Below the pieces are notes generated by a model, which was given only the letters and a program-made list of their open reading frames with translations, did no database searches and was not told the origin of the DNA. Made by a program: the position numbers and the translations under genes. DNA of 64,000 bases, from the NCBI GenBank assembly GCA_951406725.2, contig OX597821.1, positions 23,188,001-23,252,000 of the forward strand. The letters are read 5' to 3'. Below are positions 28,628 through 42,410 of the stretch, in pieces (position 1 is the first letter of the stretch; each line of letters opens with the position of its first letter). This stretch comes from Octopus vulgaris. Lineage: Eukaryota.

Positions 28628-28847
28628 ATATATATATACACACACATACATACACAAATGCATATATATACCTAAATGTGTGTATGTGTGAGTGTATCTG
28701 AGCCTGTGTGTCATTCTGCGTATACATGCACCTACACACACACACACATACACACTTTTCATCCAAACGCTGCATCCATTGTTTAATAATATGCACACGG
28801 CATAAACTGTATGTTGTGCTGTTGATGCTGTGTATAAATAAATCTGT

Positions 28848-28913
<66 letters not shown>

Positions 28914-29320
28914 GGTGTGCAGAGCGTTGGCTGGTGGTAAGTCGAACTGGAATGTTACTGGCGACGGTGTGTCACTCTTACACTTGATGACATCTTGAGA
29001 AAAAATGCATTTACATTTGGCACACACACACACATAATGTTTTGTTCCAAGCTGCTGGACTGCGGCCAAACTGGGTCGTCACCTTGCAGGATTTTGGTCG
29101 AGCAAATCGACCGCAGTACTTATTTATATTTTGTTTTTTTTTAAAGTCTGATATTCATTCTATCGTTTTTCTTTTGCTGAACCGCTAGATTTTTATGGTG
29201 ATGTAAACAAACTGACATCGTGAGACCAGGAAGACACGCGCTAGGGGAGGGTTTACTGTCGTAAAAGTGGGGTAATGCAGTTTTCTGTCGTAAAAACGGG
29301 TAAGTAAATTATTTTGAAAT

Positions 29321-29590
29321 ATGAAAGTGAATTGCAATAGAAACCGGAAATTATGGCTCAAAAACGGAATTGCCTCATATAGTCCGTGTGAATCCACAGA
29401 AGCAATGCAACCACTTACCGTAATTTTTTTCTGTACAGGTCACTAGCAAAGCAGGATTATGGTATTGTAATATGTGCAAAAAAAAAAAAAAAAATGAAAG
29501 TGAATTGCCATAGAAGCGAGAAGTAACAACTCAAAAACGCAATTGGCTCGTATAGTCCGAGTGAATCCACAGAAGCAACGCTACCTCTTC
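29321..29590. repeat. Diverged direct duplication (~90-bp units, ~173 bp apart)
   Basis: atgaaagtgaattgc...gtgaatccacagaagcaa occurs at ~29321 and ~29494. Confidence 0.7.
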
Positions 29591-29733
29591 CCGTCAGTTC
29601 TTTTTGTATAACTCATTAATGGTCAGCAATTATAGCATTGCTCGCCTGTAACTGCTGGCTCTCATGCATCCACATCCAAGTCACCGAATTACCTTCTGAG
29701 TAGTGTTCATTGCTGAGTGTAATACACCCGAGT

Positions 29734-30051
29734 GAGGGCGCGTGGCTTAGTGGTTAGGGCATTCGGCTCATGATCGTAAGGTTGTGAGTTCGATTCCCGG
29801 CGACGCGTTGTGTCCTTGAGCAAGACACTTTATTTCACGTTGCTCCAGTCCACTCAGCTGGCAAAAATGAGTTGTACTTGTATTTCAAAGGGTCAGCCTT
29901 GTCACTCTCTGTGTCACGCTGATTATCCCCGAGAACTACGTTAAGGGTACACGTGTCTATGGAATGCTCAGCCATTTGCACGTTAATTTCACGAGCAAGC
30001 TGTTCCGTTGATCGTATCAGCTGGGACCCTCGTCGTCGTACCGGCGGAGTA
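29734..30051 (+). mobile_element. tRNA-derived SINE (family C-related 3' half)
   Basis: gtggcttagtggttaggg A-box and gagttcgattccc B-box; the 3' part is shared with 34142-34530. Confidence 0.85.
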
Positions 30052-30263
30052 GAAAGAGATATTACACCCGAACGACGTACCTCAGCTGCTATTCCTGAAA
30101 TACTGAACATGTCCTCAGAACGTACTGTACTGCTAGGTAGATGTAGACGTGACTTAATGAGGGAGACTTTTATATTCCTTTTATGAAATTTTGGCAAGTC
30201 ACTGTCATCACTTACTGTTTCTATCGCAATTTACTTGCAATTTTTTAAAGAAAAATTTACATA

Positions 30264-30675
30264 GGTGCAGGAGTGGCTGTGTGGTAAGTAGCTTGTTTAC
30301 CAACCACATGGTTCCGGATTCAGTCCCACTCCGTGGCACCTTGGGCAAGTGTCTTCTACTATAGCCTCGGGCTGACCAAAGCCTTGTGAGTGGATTTGGT
30401 AGACGGAAACTGAAAGAAGCCTGTCGTATATATGTATATATATATATATATGCATGTGTGTGTTTGTGTGTCTGTGTTTGTCCCCCCAGCATTGCTTGAC
30501 AACCGATGCTGGTGTGTTTATGTCCCCGTTACTTAGCGGTTCGGCAAAAAAGACTGATAGAATAAGTACTGGGCTTACAAAAGAATAAGTCCCGGGGTTG
30601 AGTTGCTCGATTAAAGGCGGTGCTCCAGCATGGCCGCAGTTAAATGACTGAAACAAGTAAAAGAGTAAAAAGAGT
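30264..30675 (+). mobile_element. tRNA-derived SINE family A, full length
   Basis: Same structure as 28212-28627. Confidence 0.9.
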
Positions 30676-31479
30676 TATATGTTTCGGCGACCGTAAACTG
30701 CATGTAGACTTAAGGTGTACATCCCCCCCAAAAAATAAAATAATCTGTGTTGATCAGCTTTAATACGGTGTCTCACAAATAGGAGTTCCGACAGACTTAT
30801 GCAGCGGGCAGGGGCAGTACCAGTCGCCATGGATCATCATTATCACTAGATCGAGTCCCTTTACAGAAAAAAATATTGATATTGGGAAATTTTCACCCTC
30901 AGCGCCATTATAAATATTCTCTTGCAATGTGGCTCATAGCTCTTGAGAGTCAAGAGTGGTCGTTGTTGTTGCAGTGGACGGGATGTTATTGTAAAAATAA
31001 AAAAGTTAAAGTAAATTCTCCTGAAAAACATTGAAAGTACATTGTGATAAAAACAGGCAGTAACGAGTGATATACGAAAACTTCGCAAAAAGAACATGTA
31101 AGAGCTATGTTCGATATGCCGCGTCCACAGGCACGTAAATGTATCGTACCTTCTTGTGATATGTTAAACATCTCTCAAGTAGCAGCTGAGGTACTCTTGC
31201 CATGCTGGCCCCTTGCCATGTTGACCTCTTGCCATGTTGACCTCTTACCATGTTGACCTCTCATATGCTCTGCAGGAAAGAGGAAGCGTTCGATCCGGTA
31301 AATGATAACAGCTGAGTATTTTCTGGACCTGAAAACAGAGGCTGTCAACCCTTATCGAGCAAGCCAATGATGAGCAGCGCTCCAGCCATAACCATCCTGT
31401 CATTTAGGGCTATCTACTACTCCATCGAAACCATTCATTTGAATATCTTTCTATTAAATGCATTTGTCATCCTTAGCAT

Positions 31480-31672
31480 TCCGGTAAGAATGTTTAGTGG
31501 CATTTCGTCCGTCTTTACTTTCTGAGTGCAAATTCCGCCAAGGTTGACTTTGCCTTTCATCCTTTCAGGGTCGATCAAATAAATATCAATCAACCACTAC
31601 AGTCGATGTAATCGACTTGCCCTCCTCCCTCAAAATTTCGAGCCTTGTGCTATATATATATAGTAGAAAGAA
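31480..31672 (+). mobile_element. SINE family B, degenerate
   Basis: ttctgagtgcaaattccgccaaggttgactttgcctttcatcctttc. Confidence 0.7.
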
Positions 31673-32301
31673 TTAAATACAGTTGTAGCTTAACCACTAA
31701 ATATATATCTAAAATATAACATAAACTATGAAAATTAAAGAAATATAGTGTATTTAATAGATTCAAATTAATAAATTTCAAAAGCAGAGTCTATTTGATA
31801 TTTATTAATCCACTTAAAATCCTTAAAATATATCATAATGTACCATTTACAGTGTAATGTTTATATGATGAACATTAAACGAAGAAGAGAAAAGAACGTG
31901 ATTTTATTTAACAGATACAGACACAAATCAAAACACTTCTTCAGCAGAGTATGTTTAACCTTTATCAATCCACTAGAGAAAGTAAACATTCAAGATATTT
32001 TTAAAACACCATATGCACATTAACCAACTTCAAGAACAGGATCTGTTTACTCAATATATATTGCACAGTATTTCACAATATTCCGGATAAGCGGTGTGGC
32101 ACGGTATGCACTTTGCTTTGTTTTTAAAGGTGGTAGGGTATGGCTTGCGGGAGATTTGGTTACTACAACTTGTGGGTCGAACGACGACACAGAGGCTCCC
32201 TCTTGGTCCAGAGTCTCTTTTGACCTCTCACGGCGACCTCAGCTCTTTCTGCAGCTCTAGAAATACTTTACATTTAGAATTCTTTACTGTTAATATATAC
32301 T

Positions 32302-32795
32302 TTTATCTTTTACTTGTTCCAGTCATTAAACAGCAGCCATTAAAGGGCACCGCTTGGAGAGCTTAGACGAGTAGTCCTTAACCATTTTTTGCCTGTGGAC
32401 TCCTTCGATTCCTCATTAATTCTAATGGACTCTCATAGCCACATGAACCCAGGCTTAGAACCATTGGCTTAGACGAACAAATCGATCCCAGTATATATAT
32501 TTTTTAAAGCCTAGTACTTATTCTATCGAAAGCTTTTGCCGAATCGGTGAGTTACAGGAACGTAAACAAGCCAAAACCGGTTGTCAAGTGGTGGAGGTGG
32601 GGGATAAACATGCGCGTGCGCGCAGGTACGCATGTACGCACGCACACGACGGGCTTCTTTCAACTTCCGCTATCAAAATCCACTCAAAAGGCTTTTGGGT
32701 TATAGCGGAAGACTTCGTCCTAGGTGCGACGTAGTGAGATCGGATCCGGAACTATGTGGTTGAGAAGCAAACTTCTTACCACTCAGCCACACCTG
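32302..32795 (-). mobile_element. SINE family A, degenerate, with insertion
   Basis: Antisense match to both head and body; interrupted at ~32370-32465. Confidence 0.65.
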
Positions 32796-33105
32796 TGTGT
32801 ATATATATGATGCAATTGCATATGAATGCCACAGAAAGTTGTATATCGTACTTCATGTTGAAGAAACGGAAAGTGAACTTCAGCGGATCCGTTTGAAAGT
32901 CTTTTTCTGCAAGAAAGAGATATTCTGGACATTTGCAAACATTTAAAATGCAAAAATACTTCAACTCAAACCAAGAATCTTCAAAACTTAAAATCTAAAA
33001 TATAACCTACAATTTCAGCACGATACCAATACTTTCCAAAATATCTCGAACGATAAAGTACTTTAAACAATTCTTCAACGTGATGTAAACAAAACAAAGA
33101 ACATA

Positions 33106-33514
33106 GGCGCAGGAGTGGCTGTGTGGTAAGTAGCTTGCTAACCAACCACATGGTTCCGGGTTCAGTCCCACTGCGTGGCATCTTGGGCAAGTGTCTTCTG
33201 CTATAGCTCCGAGCCGACCAATCCCTTTTGAGTGGATTTGGTAGACGGAAACTGAAAGAAGCCTGTCGTATATATGTATATATATATATATATGTGTGTG
33301 TGTGTTTGTGTGTCTGTGTTTGTCCCCCCAGCATTGCTTGACAACCGATGCTGGTGTGTTTACGTCCCTGTTACTTAGCGGTTCGGCAAAAGAGACCGAT
33401 AAAATAAGTACTGGGCTACAAAAGAATAAGTCCCGGGGTCGATTTGCTCGACTAAAGGCGGTGCTCCAGCATGGCCGCAGTCAATGACTGAAACAAGTAA
33501 AAGAGTAAAAGAGT
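33106..33514 (+). mobile_element. tRNA-derived SINE family A, full length
   Basis: Same structure as 28212-28627. Confidence 0.9.
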
Positions 33515-34141
33515 ATATAGGAGTAAAACACAAGCACACTCGCTAAACTTTGTGGCCGGCAACATTAATAACACATACATAAAAAACCATACAGATGCAC
33601 AAACATACACACACAATAATAACAAATCACTAGCTCAACTGCATACAGTACCATCAACACCAAAAAGAAGGACTTAGTTTGCTGACTAAAAATAGGAGAC
33701 CGTGAAGATAACCCTTATCATACACTCTTATATTACTCTTAACGATCACAAGACCAATTTTTGTTAATCCTGTCAAAAACGAATTGGGAAACATTTAGTA
33801 AACAACATTCTCAAAACTATTAAGCTCAGAATTACAAGTATTACAAGCATATAACACTAGCACTACAGTTTAGCTGTCTCAAAGAAGTTCCATAGCATTA
33901 AGAACTAAATAGTTTGAAAATTCCTCTAATTCGACTTTGTGGATTTTTATCCCATTATATCCTAATCCCTCCATCGAAAGGCCTTGTATTTCAGGGGACA
34001 TTTTAAAAGATTAGTAGTCTAGTCATAACGGTAACACTGAACGTTATGAAGTTGATGTTATACCATAATAAATTTTATTGGGCCAAAAAGATGGTTTGAC
34101 TCTTTATTCAATGTGTTCATGAGTAGTTATGATGGTGCTGA

Positions 34142-34530
34142 GGAGGCGCAATGGCCCAGTAGTTAGGGCAGCGGACTCGCGGTCGGAGGATCGCGGTTTC
34201 GATTCCCAGACCGGGCGTTGTGTGTGTTTATTGAGCGAAAACACCTAAAGCTCCACGAGGCTCCGGCAGGGGGTGGTGGCGACCCCTGTTGTACTCTTTA
34301 GCCTCAACTTTCTCTCACTCCACTCTTACTTCCTGTTTCTGTTGTACCTGTATTTCAAGGAGCCGGTCTTGTCACTTTCTGTGTCACGCTGAATATCCCT
34401 GAGAACTACGTTAAGGGTGCACGTGTCTGTGGAGTGCTCAGTCACTTACACGTTAATTTCACGAGCAGGCTGTTCCGTTGATTCGGATCAACGGGAACCC
34501 TCATCGTCGTAACCGACGGAGTGCTTCCAT
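34142..34530 (+). mobile_element. tRNA-derived SINE family C with apparent TSD
   Basis: tRNA-like head ggaggcgcaatggcccagtagttaggg; atgatggtgctga occurs on both flanks (~34129 and ~34533). Confidence 0.88.
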
Positions 34531-34861
34531 TCATGATGGTGCTGAGATCTCGTAGGCAACACTTTCATTCAACCCATGAAAACAATAAACTGTTCAATGT
34601 ACGTAATATTAAAGTTAGTCAAACTTTTCTAGACAACATTAGTTCCACAGATTACACAATTTAGATTATATGAATTAATTGAAAACATACGTCAGGATGT
34701 TCTCCAATATCATTTTATCAGTTTACTTAAAAACGTCTAATCCAGTCTACCTGCACCCACTCAGGGAATTATTACTTTCCAAAAAGAGTTGTACACCGAA
34801 CATTTTCAATACGCCTTTAAGCTATCGAAAAGGCTTATGCAGAGCTTATTGCGAACATATC

Positions 34862-35207
34862 AATCATCATCATCATTGTTCGACCGTGGTCGAGACAATG
34901 GAATTTACCATGCTACACCAGACTTCACGGTCCATCATAGCATTACGGAGGTCCTGTTGCTGGATGCCTGTATCCCTGGAGATTACATCAGGGTAGGAGA
35001 GTGTGCGCCCTCTGGTATTGCGAGTAGATGGCTTCCAGAGGAGAAGAGTAGAAATTACTTCTTTTTCAGCTCTACAACAATGTCCAGCAAACTGGACTCT
35101 CCTACCTTTCCCAAGAGATGACACAGGTGGTAGTTTCCCATATATTTGCATTTTGGTTGGATGGCGCTTCCACGAGAGATTTTGAGTTCTCATAAGGAGG
35201 CGAGTGT
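34862..35207 (-). mobile_element. RTE-clade LINE 3' end
   Basis: YGKLPPVSS..RRVQFAGHCCR..LLLWKP..GR..SYPDVISRDTG..AMMDREVW, then stop and (TGA)n tail. Confidence 0.85.
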
Positions 35208-35714
35208 ATCAAAAGGTGGGTACCATCAACATCTTTACTCATTCCTTTTCTCAGTTTGGTTGGAAATTCATTAACTTAAGTATCTCAACGTCTCTTCAAT
35301 AACATGGAATATTTCAATAGATCCACTCCGTATTTCAACGGATCACGAAACTGTAGGCTTTGCTGAAACAAAATTTCCAAACATTGGAGCTGTCGGCGAT
35401 ATCACGCAACAGAAGACTTGAAATATTATCTACCTATTGCTACAGAAGGACTTCCGTCATGGAAAGTTTCCAGACACCTAATCATCCCAAGCCAAATAAA
35501 ACAGTAAACATCGCATCCGACGAGTCACGCGGAGTAGCTTCCTTCCGTTACATCATTTTAGTCCAAACACCTTTTTTTATCCTGTTCTACAGCATTTCGA
35601 GCCACGTGATCTCCTTTGACCTTTAGGCATACGCAGGCCTATACTTATAGGCAGGTCTATGCAGAAGCTTCGTCATGTGCAGGTGTATGATCCAATACAC
35701 ACACACATACACAC

Positions 35715-35765
<51 letters not shown>

Positions 35766-36204
35766 TGCATGCTCGCACACCAACATATTATTCAAACACA
35801 CGGACTCATATGCGCACGCCTACACTCACATTACAGGCACACATATACGCATATATGTATGTGTGAACTCCAGAAACGGTTGCAAAAACCTTTCTCAAAT
35901 TGCCCCCTACCATTTTAGAATGGGGTACATTAGAAAAGAACTACAGTGCAAGTATTCTGAGAATACAACTGTCTTATGCGACCAAACGAGGCTGGACTGG
36001 TCCACCTAGGAAAGGTAGGCATAGTTCTAGCAAAAAGCAATGCATATGTATTTATCACATAAGCTAGAAGATAACAACAGTATTGATAGGAAGGGTAGCC
36101 TCTACTGGACATGTGATACATTACATCTTCTTTAAAAAGATTTGCCTTCGCTATCCAGGAACAGGAGATAGCTACGAAATTTTAACCTTTATTGAGGTAG
36201 AGTT

Positions 36205-36243
<39 letters not shown>

Positions 36244-36245
<2 letters not shown>

Positions 36246-36504
36246 AAATAAGCAATAGGATATCAAGAAGTGATGCAGTACGACCGTTTCAAGCGGCTCC
36301 ATTTAATTGAACAATGCAATCATTACTTCAGTTTAAATGCAGAGCTATCATCAGCTGCTGAAATAAATAGAATTTTAATCAGTTGGACACATTAATATGA
36401 TTTTTCTCAAATGCTTTAGCAGAGCAAGAAGATGGAAGAAATCCATGTTGTCACTATTGTAGCTAAGAATAGACTACACTTCTTGATATCCTGTTGCTTA
36501 TTTT
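36244..36504 (-). mobile_element. Penelope-type terminal repeat element with inverted ends
   Basis: aaaataagcaataggatatcaagaagtg is repeated in inverse at ~36477-36504; a second partial copy is at 38358-38433; abuts (TA)n. Confidence 0.65.
36275..36358 (-). ncRNA. Type-I hammerhead ribozyme-like fold with long stem II
   Basis: GCAG CUGAUGA ..GCUC.CAUUUAA..UUAAAUG GAGC.. GAAAC GGUC GUA CUGC; the base of stem II is imperfect. Confidence 0.6.
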
Positions 36505-36590
36505 GATTTTATTCACCTTATTTCGAGCTGTACAGATAATACCGGACTGACTTGGTGCTTCAACTTAAGTACCTAATTCAACAACAAGTA

Positions 36591-36685
<95 letters not shown>

Positions 36686-36780
36686 AATCCAAACAAGAAA
36701 GCACAAAAAAACACAACAACGCGAGGACGTGGAACAAATAAAGTATTATTGGACGCTCAGGAAAGAAGGAAAGAAGGAGG

Positions 36781-36815
36781 GTTTAACGTTTCGAGCGGAG
36801 CTCTTCGTCGGAAAC
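36781..36815 (-). ncRNA. Minimal hammerhead ribozyme motif (CCGACGA core)
   Basis: GUUU CCGACGA A GAGC UCC GCUC GAAAC GUU AAAC, within a repeat at ~36684-36900 whose end recurs in inverse at ~37084-37157. Confidence 0.65.
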
Positions 36816-37539
36816 ATAGGAGAAGGAAAGATCCAGAGAAGGGAAGACAGAGGAAAAAACATCACCAACGGTACACACGAGGTCACATTTTGAAAGACCG
36901 GAAGGAAATGGGTGAAGAAATGTGTTTTCAAAGACAGGAGAGTAGTTCTGTCAAAGACAGGAGAGTGGTAGAGGAGGAGGAATGTGTGTGTAAGTGTTTA
37001 CTTTTACTTTTTCTTTTTTATTGTTGTAATGTTGTTACTATATGTGAATATATATATATATATATATATATTCCCTGCTTCCATTTCCTGAGCGCCTATT
37101 AATAATAATACTGTAATTGTTCCATTGTTGTTGTTTTTTGTTTCCCGTTTGGATTAAAATTATATATATATATATATATATATACATTCAAACATATAAG
37201 AGATGGCCATAATAGGACATCTGACTCACTAGAAAGAGCAGTTAAACTCCCAACCACTAATAGTTGTAATTCTGAAATGGAAAGAGAAATAAAAACGTTT
37301 ACCCTCTCCTTTCTGGACTATGCATAGTTTCGGCAATCTTTTGTAAATAAAATAAAACTATTTACGAGTGGCGTTGCCTCTTCAGCAGAAAGCCAAGGAT
37401 AGCATATAGGCACGAGGTGATAAGGACCGTGCCACGAGTCTATATGCTACAACTTTTCAAAATCCACCACTCTCGCGCGGTTTCTCAGCAGTAAATATAA
37501 CTGCCGATATAATTTCAAAATTAGCCAAAAAATCCTTAA

Positions 37540-37580
<41 letters not shown>

Positions 37581-37586
37581 TGTATG

Positions 37587-37618
<32 letters not shown>

Positions 37619-37859
37619 TGTATGTATGTATGTATGTATGTATTAGTTTTCTTCGAGTTTTAAGTTCTTCTTAAGAGAGTACAAGCCAGTCGATGCATAC
37701 ACCCGAGTGTGTGCATCTATTCACCTAATGAATCTCAGATAGGTAATCTTTAAGATGTCTAGCATCTTTATTGTACCATTAATATTAATAGATTGGATTT
37801 GGATAATCCGCGTCAGTTTCTTTTGCATTTTTTTTTTTTCGAAAAACCTATAATTTCTA

Positions 37860-38340
37860 GGTTTCGTGCAAATTTGTAGGTACTACTTACTTTAATGCCC
37901 CTATGATGATATGTACAAATGAGAATCTACAGTCTTGGTACAAGAGCTATAAGATTTGCATTAATTCGCCATAAATGTTCTCTTTCTCCTGGACTTTTTT
38001 TGGTACATGCAAATCCGCTTGGCAGCTGACCTCTACAACAGCGCACGACTTTTGTTCTTTGTCCCACAGAACAACATCAAGTCTACTATTTTTGCACCGA
38101 ACTGTTGTTTTTATTGGGGTGTTCCACTAATACTCCTTGTTTTTAAAGGTGTAAATACATGCTGGTTCTGATATGCCTTTGATGTATACAACTGGAAAAT
38201 TCTTCCTGCATGCAACCGTATCATACCTCTGGGGCAGGTAGTATCTCGTAGACATTTTCGGGTAGCTGCTGATAATGTGGGTAATATTTTCCACACTGCC
38301 AAAGCAGAGTCATCATTTTCTATCACAACGTGAGGTTTGG
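37860..38340 (-). pseudogene. Decayed RLE-type (R4/Dong-like) non-LTR retrotransposon C-terminus
   Basis: LC..VENITHIISSYPKM..RYYLPQRYDTVA (zinc knuckle region) and RLDVVLWDKEQKSCAVVEVSC..EKENIY (PD-D/ExK endonuclease), with stops. Confidence 0.7.
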
Positions 38341-38420
38341 TGGTATCTTTATCTCCCTTGCATTGTTCAATTAAATGGAGCCGCTTGAAACAGTCGTACT
38401 GCATCACTTCTTGATATCTG

Positions 38421-38430
38421 TTGCTTATTT

Positions 38431-38474
<44 letters not shown>

Positions 38475-41372
38475 ATTATTGCCCAAAAATGGAAGATCCC
38501 ATATATAGAGAGTTGGCTTGCCGAAATGGCACATTGCTTCCCTTTCTTTATCCTTACCGAGACTCACCTGAACAACACCCATATGGACGCAGAGGTGAAA
38601 ATAAAAGATTTCACCATTGTTCGTGCGGATCGCACAGACCGAAATAAGGGAGGGACAGCCATCTTTATCCATGACTCCTTTTCACTTGATGCCAAGGACA
38701 CATTTTCCAATGGCTACTGTGAATCGGTATCACTATACAACAAAGCCAAGGACATAACCATTGTTGGTCTTTACAGGCCTCCCCAGGCACCTCTAAAGTA
38801 CTTTGAAGAGTGCCTTAGCAAAGTCAAGTCCTTCCTTCGGAAGTACCACTCCGGAAACATAATAGTGATGGGTGATTTTAACCTCCCTCATGTGAACTGG
38901 CCCACAAATACTCCGAAGTTAGGCAAGTGCTCTACATCAGATAGGGCAGCAGCAGAACTGCTCTTTAATCTGATGGATGAGTATTTCCTGACTCAGCTAG
39001 TGCTTGAACCAACGAGACAGAATAAAACGATCTTGGATCTGGTACTGACCAATCACTCTAGCTACGTTCACAGCATTTCAGTCGAAAAAACTCTCCTCTC
39101 AGACCACGACATGGTACTCTGCAATCTTAATTCCCGACGTATAAAAACCAAACCAGCCAATCCCACTCCATGGCACCCATTTGACAACATAAATTTCCAC
39201 AAAGCGGACTGGGGAACAATCAGAAAGGATCTGTCTTCCATCGACTGGTCTTTTACTCTCAATTCCCCTCATATTGAGACCGCGTGGCAGCACTTTGAAA
39301 CCATTGTCACCGACACATGCTCTAAACACGCTCCCAAGAAATCTACTAACACAAACAGAAACCGGCTCCCTAAAAAGAAAAAAACACTCATCAGGCGCAT
39401 CAAAAGACTCAACAAAAAAATCAACCAATTAAAATATTCCCACACGCAACATCCACATTCAACAACAATGAAAAGACTAGAGCTGGAAAAACTTCATCTG
39501 CAGACTAACATGAAAACCTCCATTGAAAATCAAAGAGCTGTGGAGGAACAATGGGTAATCAAAAACATCAAACAGAACCCAAAAGTGTTCTATTCTTATG
39601 CAAATAAGCATAGAACCACTGTCTCACCTATTGGGCCATTGATTGATGAAAACGGCATTCCCCAACACGATGCTAAAGAAATGGCAGAAATACTGCAGAA
39701 ACAATATTGCTCTGTCTTCAGTGTTCCCACTGATATTGATGTGAATGAAACGAACGAAGCTGACTCCCAACACAAAATCGCAGACATAACCTTCACTGCC
39801 ACCGACATCGTAGCAGCAATAAATGAGGTCAAACATTACTCTGCTGTAGGCCCTGATAGATTTCCCGCCAGTCTCCTGAAGGAATGTAGATATCAACTTG
39901 CAGTCCCTCTGACCAACCTCTGGAGAAACTCGTTAGACGCAGGTTATATACCGAAAAAGTTTCTATCCCAGTCGGTCATCCCGGTTTTCAAACAGGGAAA
40001 CAGATCCCTCGCAGTCAACTATCGCCCAATCTCACTCACCTCCCACATCATTAAAGTGTTTGAAAGAGTGTTAAGATCAAGGATAGCTGACTTCCTGGAG
40101 ACCCACAAACTCCTAAATTCAAATCAGCATGGCTTTCGCTGTGGCAGGGACTGTCTAACACAGCTCTTACACCACATTGAAGATGTACTCAAAGCCTTGG
40201 GAACAGGTTCGAACTCTGACGTCATATACCTTGACTTCAGTAAAGCGTTCGACAGGGTAGACCATAACATCCTACTCTCAAAATTGGCAAATGTTGGAAT
40301 CCGTGGAAAAGTTCTACACTGGATTCAGTATTTCCTAGCGAATAGAACACAACATGTTGTAGTTGATGGAGTCCACTCAAACCCAGCAAAAGTCACCAGC
40401 GGTGTTCCCCAGGGAACTGTTTTGGGTCCGCTACTCTTCATAATTTATGTAAACGACCTTTCCAGTGTCGTACATCACTGCAAAGTGAAAATATTCGCTG
40501 ATGACACTAAGCTCCAACAAATCGTCAATGAAGAAGCAGACCGAACTCAACTCCAGTCTGACCTATATGCTGTGAGTCAATGGGCAGACAGAAACAAAAT
40601 GCAACTGAATGAGGGAAAATTTGAGCTGATGCATTTTGGAAGAAATTCCTCACTAAAACAACCATACTCTCTTCCTTCAGGGGAACCGCTCACAGCCTCT
40701 AACAATATCAGAGACCTGGGTGTAATTGTTGATGACGATCTCAGTTGGAGTGCACACATCAACAAGAAGGTCGATACAGCTCGTAGGATGAGTTCCTGGA
40801 TCTTAAGAACTTTCCGGTCCAGAGAACAAGGTGTCATCATACTACTTTTTTCATCCTTTGTACGGCCACACCTTGAATACTGCTGCCCACTGTGGTCTCC
40901 TCACACAAGACAAAACATCTCCAGAATTGAGTCACCCCAGAGGGCTCTCACTAAACAAATTGAAGGCATGGCTGCTCTCGACTATTGGGATCGCCTTAAA
41001 GCCTTGAAACTTTACTCCCTCCAGCGTCGCCGTGAGCGGTACATCATTTGTACGATGTGGAAAATATACCGCCAACTTTGCTCAAACGACCTAAACATTA
41101 GCTTCAAGGTTCATCCGAGACTTGGACCACGGGCTATACGTCCCCTGCCAAATTCAAGATCACAACATACATGTACACTGCAACATAATTTCTTTTCCTC
41201 AACAGGCCCTGCCCTATTTAACATTGTCCCGAGGGAGATCAAAGAGGAAAAGGATCCCATCAACTTCAAACAGAGTCTGGATAGATTCCTTCAAAGAATA
41301 CCAGATAAGCCACCCATAATTGGATACAACTCACCCAACAAGAACTCACTACTTGAACAAAACTTGACTTAA
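38421..41372 (+). CDS. LINE ORF2: APE endonuclease + reverse transcriptase (homology from ~38472; first in-frame ATG 38526)
   Basis: ILTETHL, YRPP, GDFNLP, LDLVL, SDHD (APE); YRPISLTS, LDFSKAFD, GVPQGTVLGP, FADD (RT); LEYCCPLWSP, LQRRRER. No stops. Confidence 0.93.
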
Positions 41373-41470
41373 ACAGGATTCGAATAATCCTATCAGGTGG
41401 TGCTATTAAGTTAGACATGGCCTGGACCAATCTCTGGTCGAAACATATCTAAGTTTTATCTAAGTTCTAA

Positions 41471-41476
<6 letters not shown>
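38472..41476 (+). mobile_element. 5'-truncated CR1-group LINE inserted in (TA)n
   Basis: ORF2, then a short 3'UTR with stem-loop gacca-atctc-tggtc and a short tandem tail ctaagttttatctaagttctaagtttta; (TA)n on both sides. Confidence 0.9.
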
Positions 41477-41510
<34 letters not shown>

Positions 41511-42284
41511 ACAAACTCTACCTCCATAAAGGTTAAAATTTTAAAACTGAATAACGAACATCTAAAGAAAATCATAGAGACCAACAACCTCTTTGATTGT
41601 GAACATCAACGAACAAAATAAATAAATGAAATGCCCGACTTATGACCCCCCCCCCCAAAAAAAAAAATATATATAAATACCCTAAATAACAACAAGTAAA
41701 GAAACTGACCAGAGAATGCATCACATAATCACATTCTTTCGTGAATCTCTAAAAAAACTCCATTATAAAAATACTGACACACCCAATCACTAACTTTTTT
41801 AATGCTGGACTAACCTTTGGCCTTTTCACATTCAAAGCAAAAGATTAAATCTAAAAAAGCTGCAAATAGTAAAACCATTGACACATCCTATACCAACCAA
41901 AAGGAACACTCCTAAATATTCACACCTGCTTACAAACTTCTACGAGCATGACTAAATTCAAAACAATAACATAAACCCAAAGTTAATCAATAAAAAATTT
42001 CTCCAATACACCTCTCCATAACTGTCCGCCCTAAAACCCAATTACTGCTCCACATACTCAAACCCACTAACTTCGAAGTCACTGTCAATAAAATTGTTGC
42101 TTAAGAATAATAAATTTGTACTCTACAAAAGTACAGAGTAATCCTTTAGATTAATATAAAATTGTTTTTATTATGAGTGAACATAAAAACAAACATTATC
42201 ATGTATGTATGTATGTATGTATGTATGTATGTATGTATGTATGTATGTATGTATGTATGTATATGTGTATGCACGTATGTGTTG

Positions 42285-42410
42285 TGTGGTAACCACATAC
42301 TTCCGGGTTCAGCTCCACTGCGTAGAAATTTGGGTGTCTTCTACTATAGCCTTGGACCGATCAAAGCCTTGTGAGTGGATTTGGTAGATGGAAACTGAAA
42401 GAAGCCCGTC

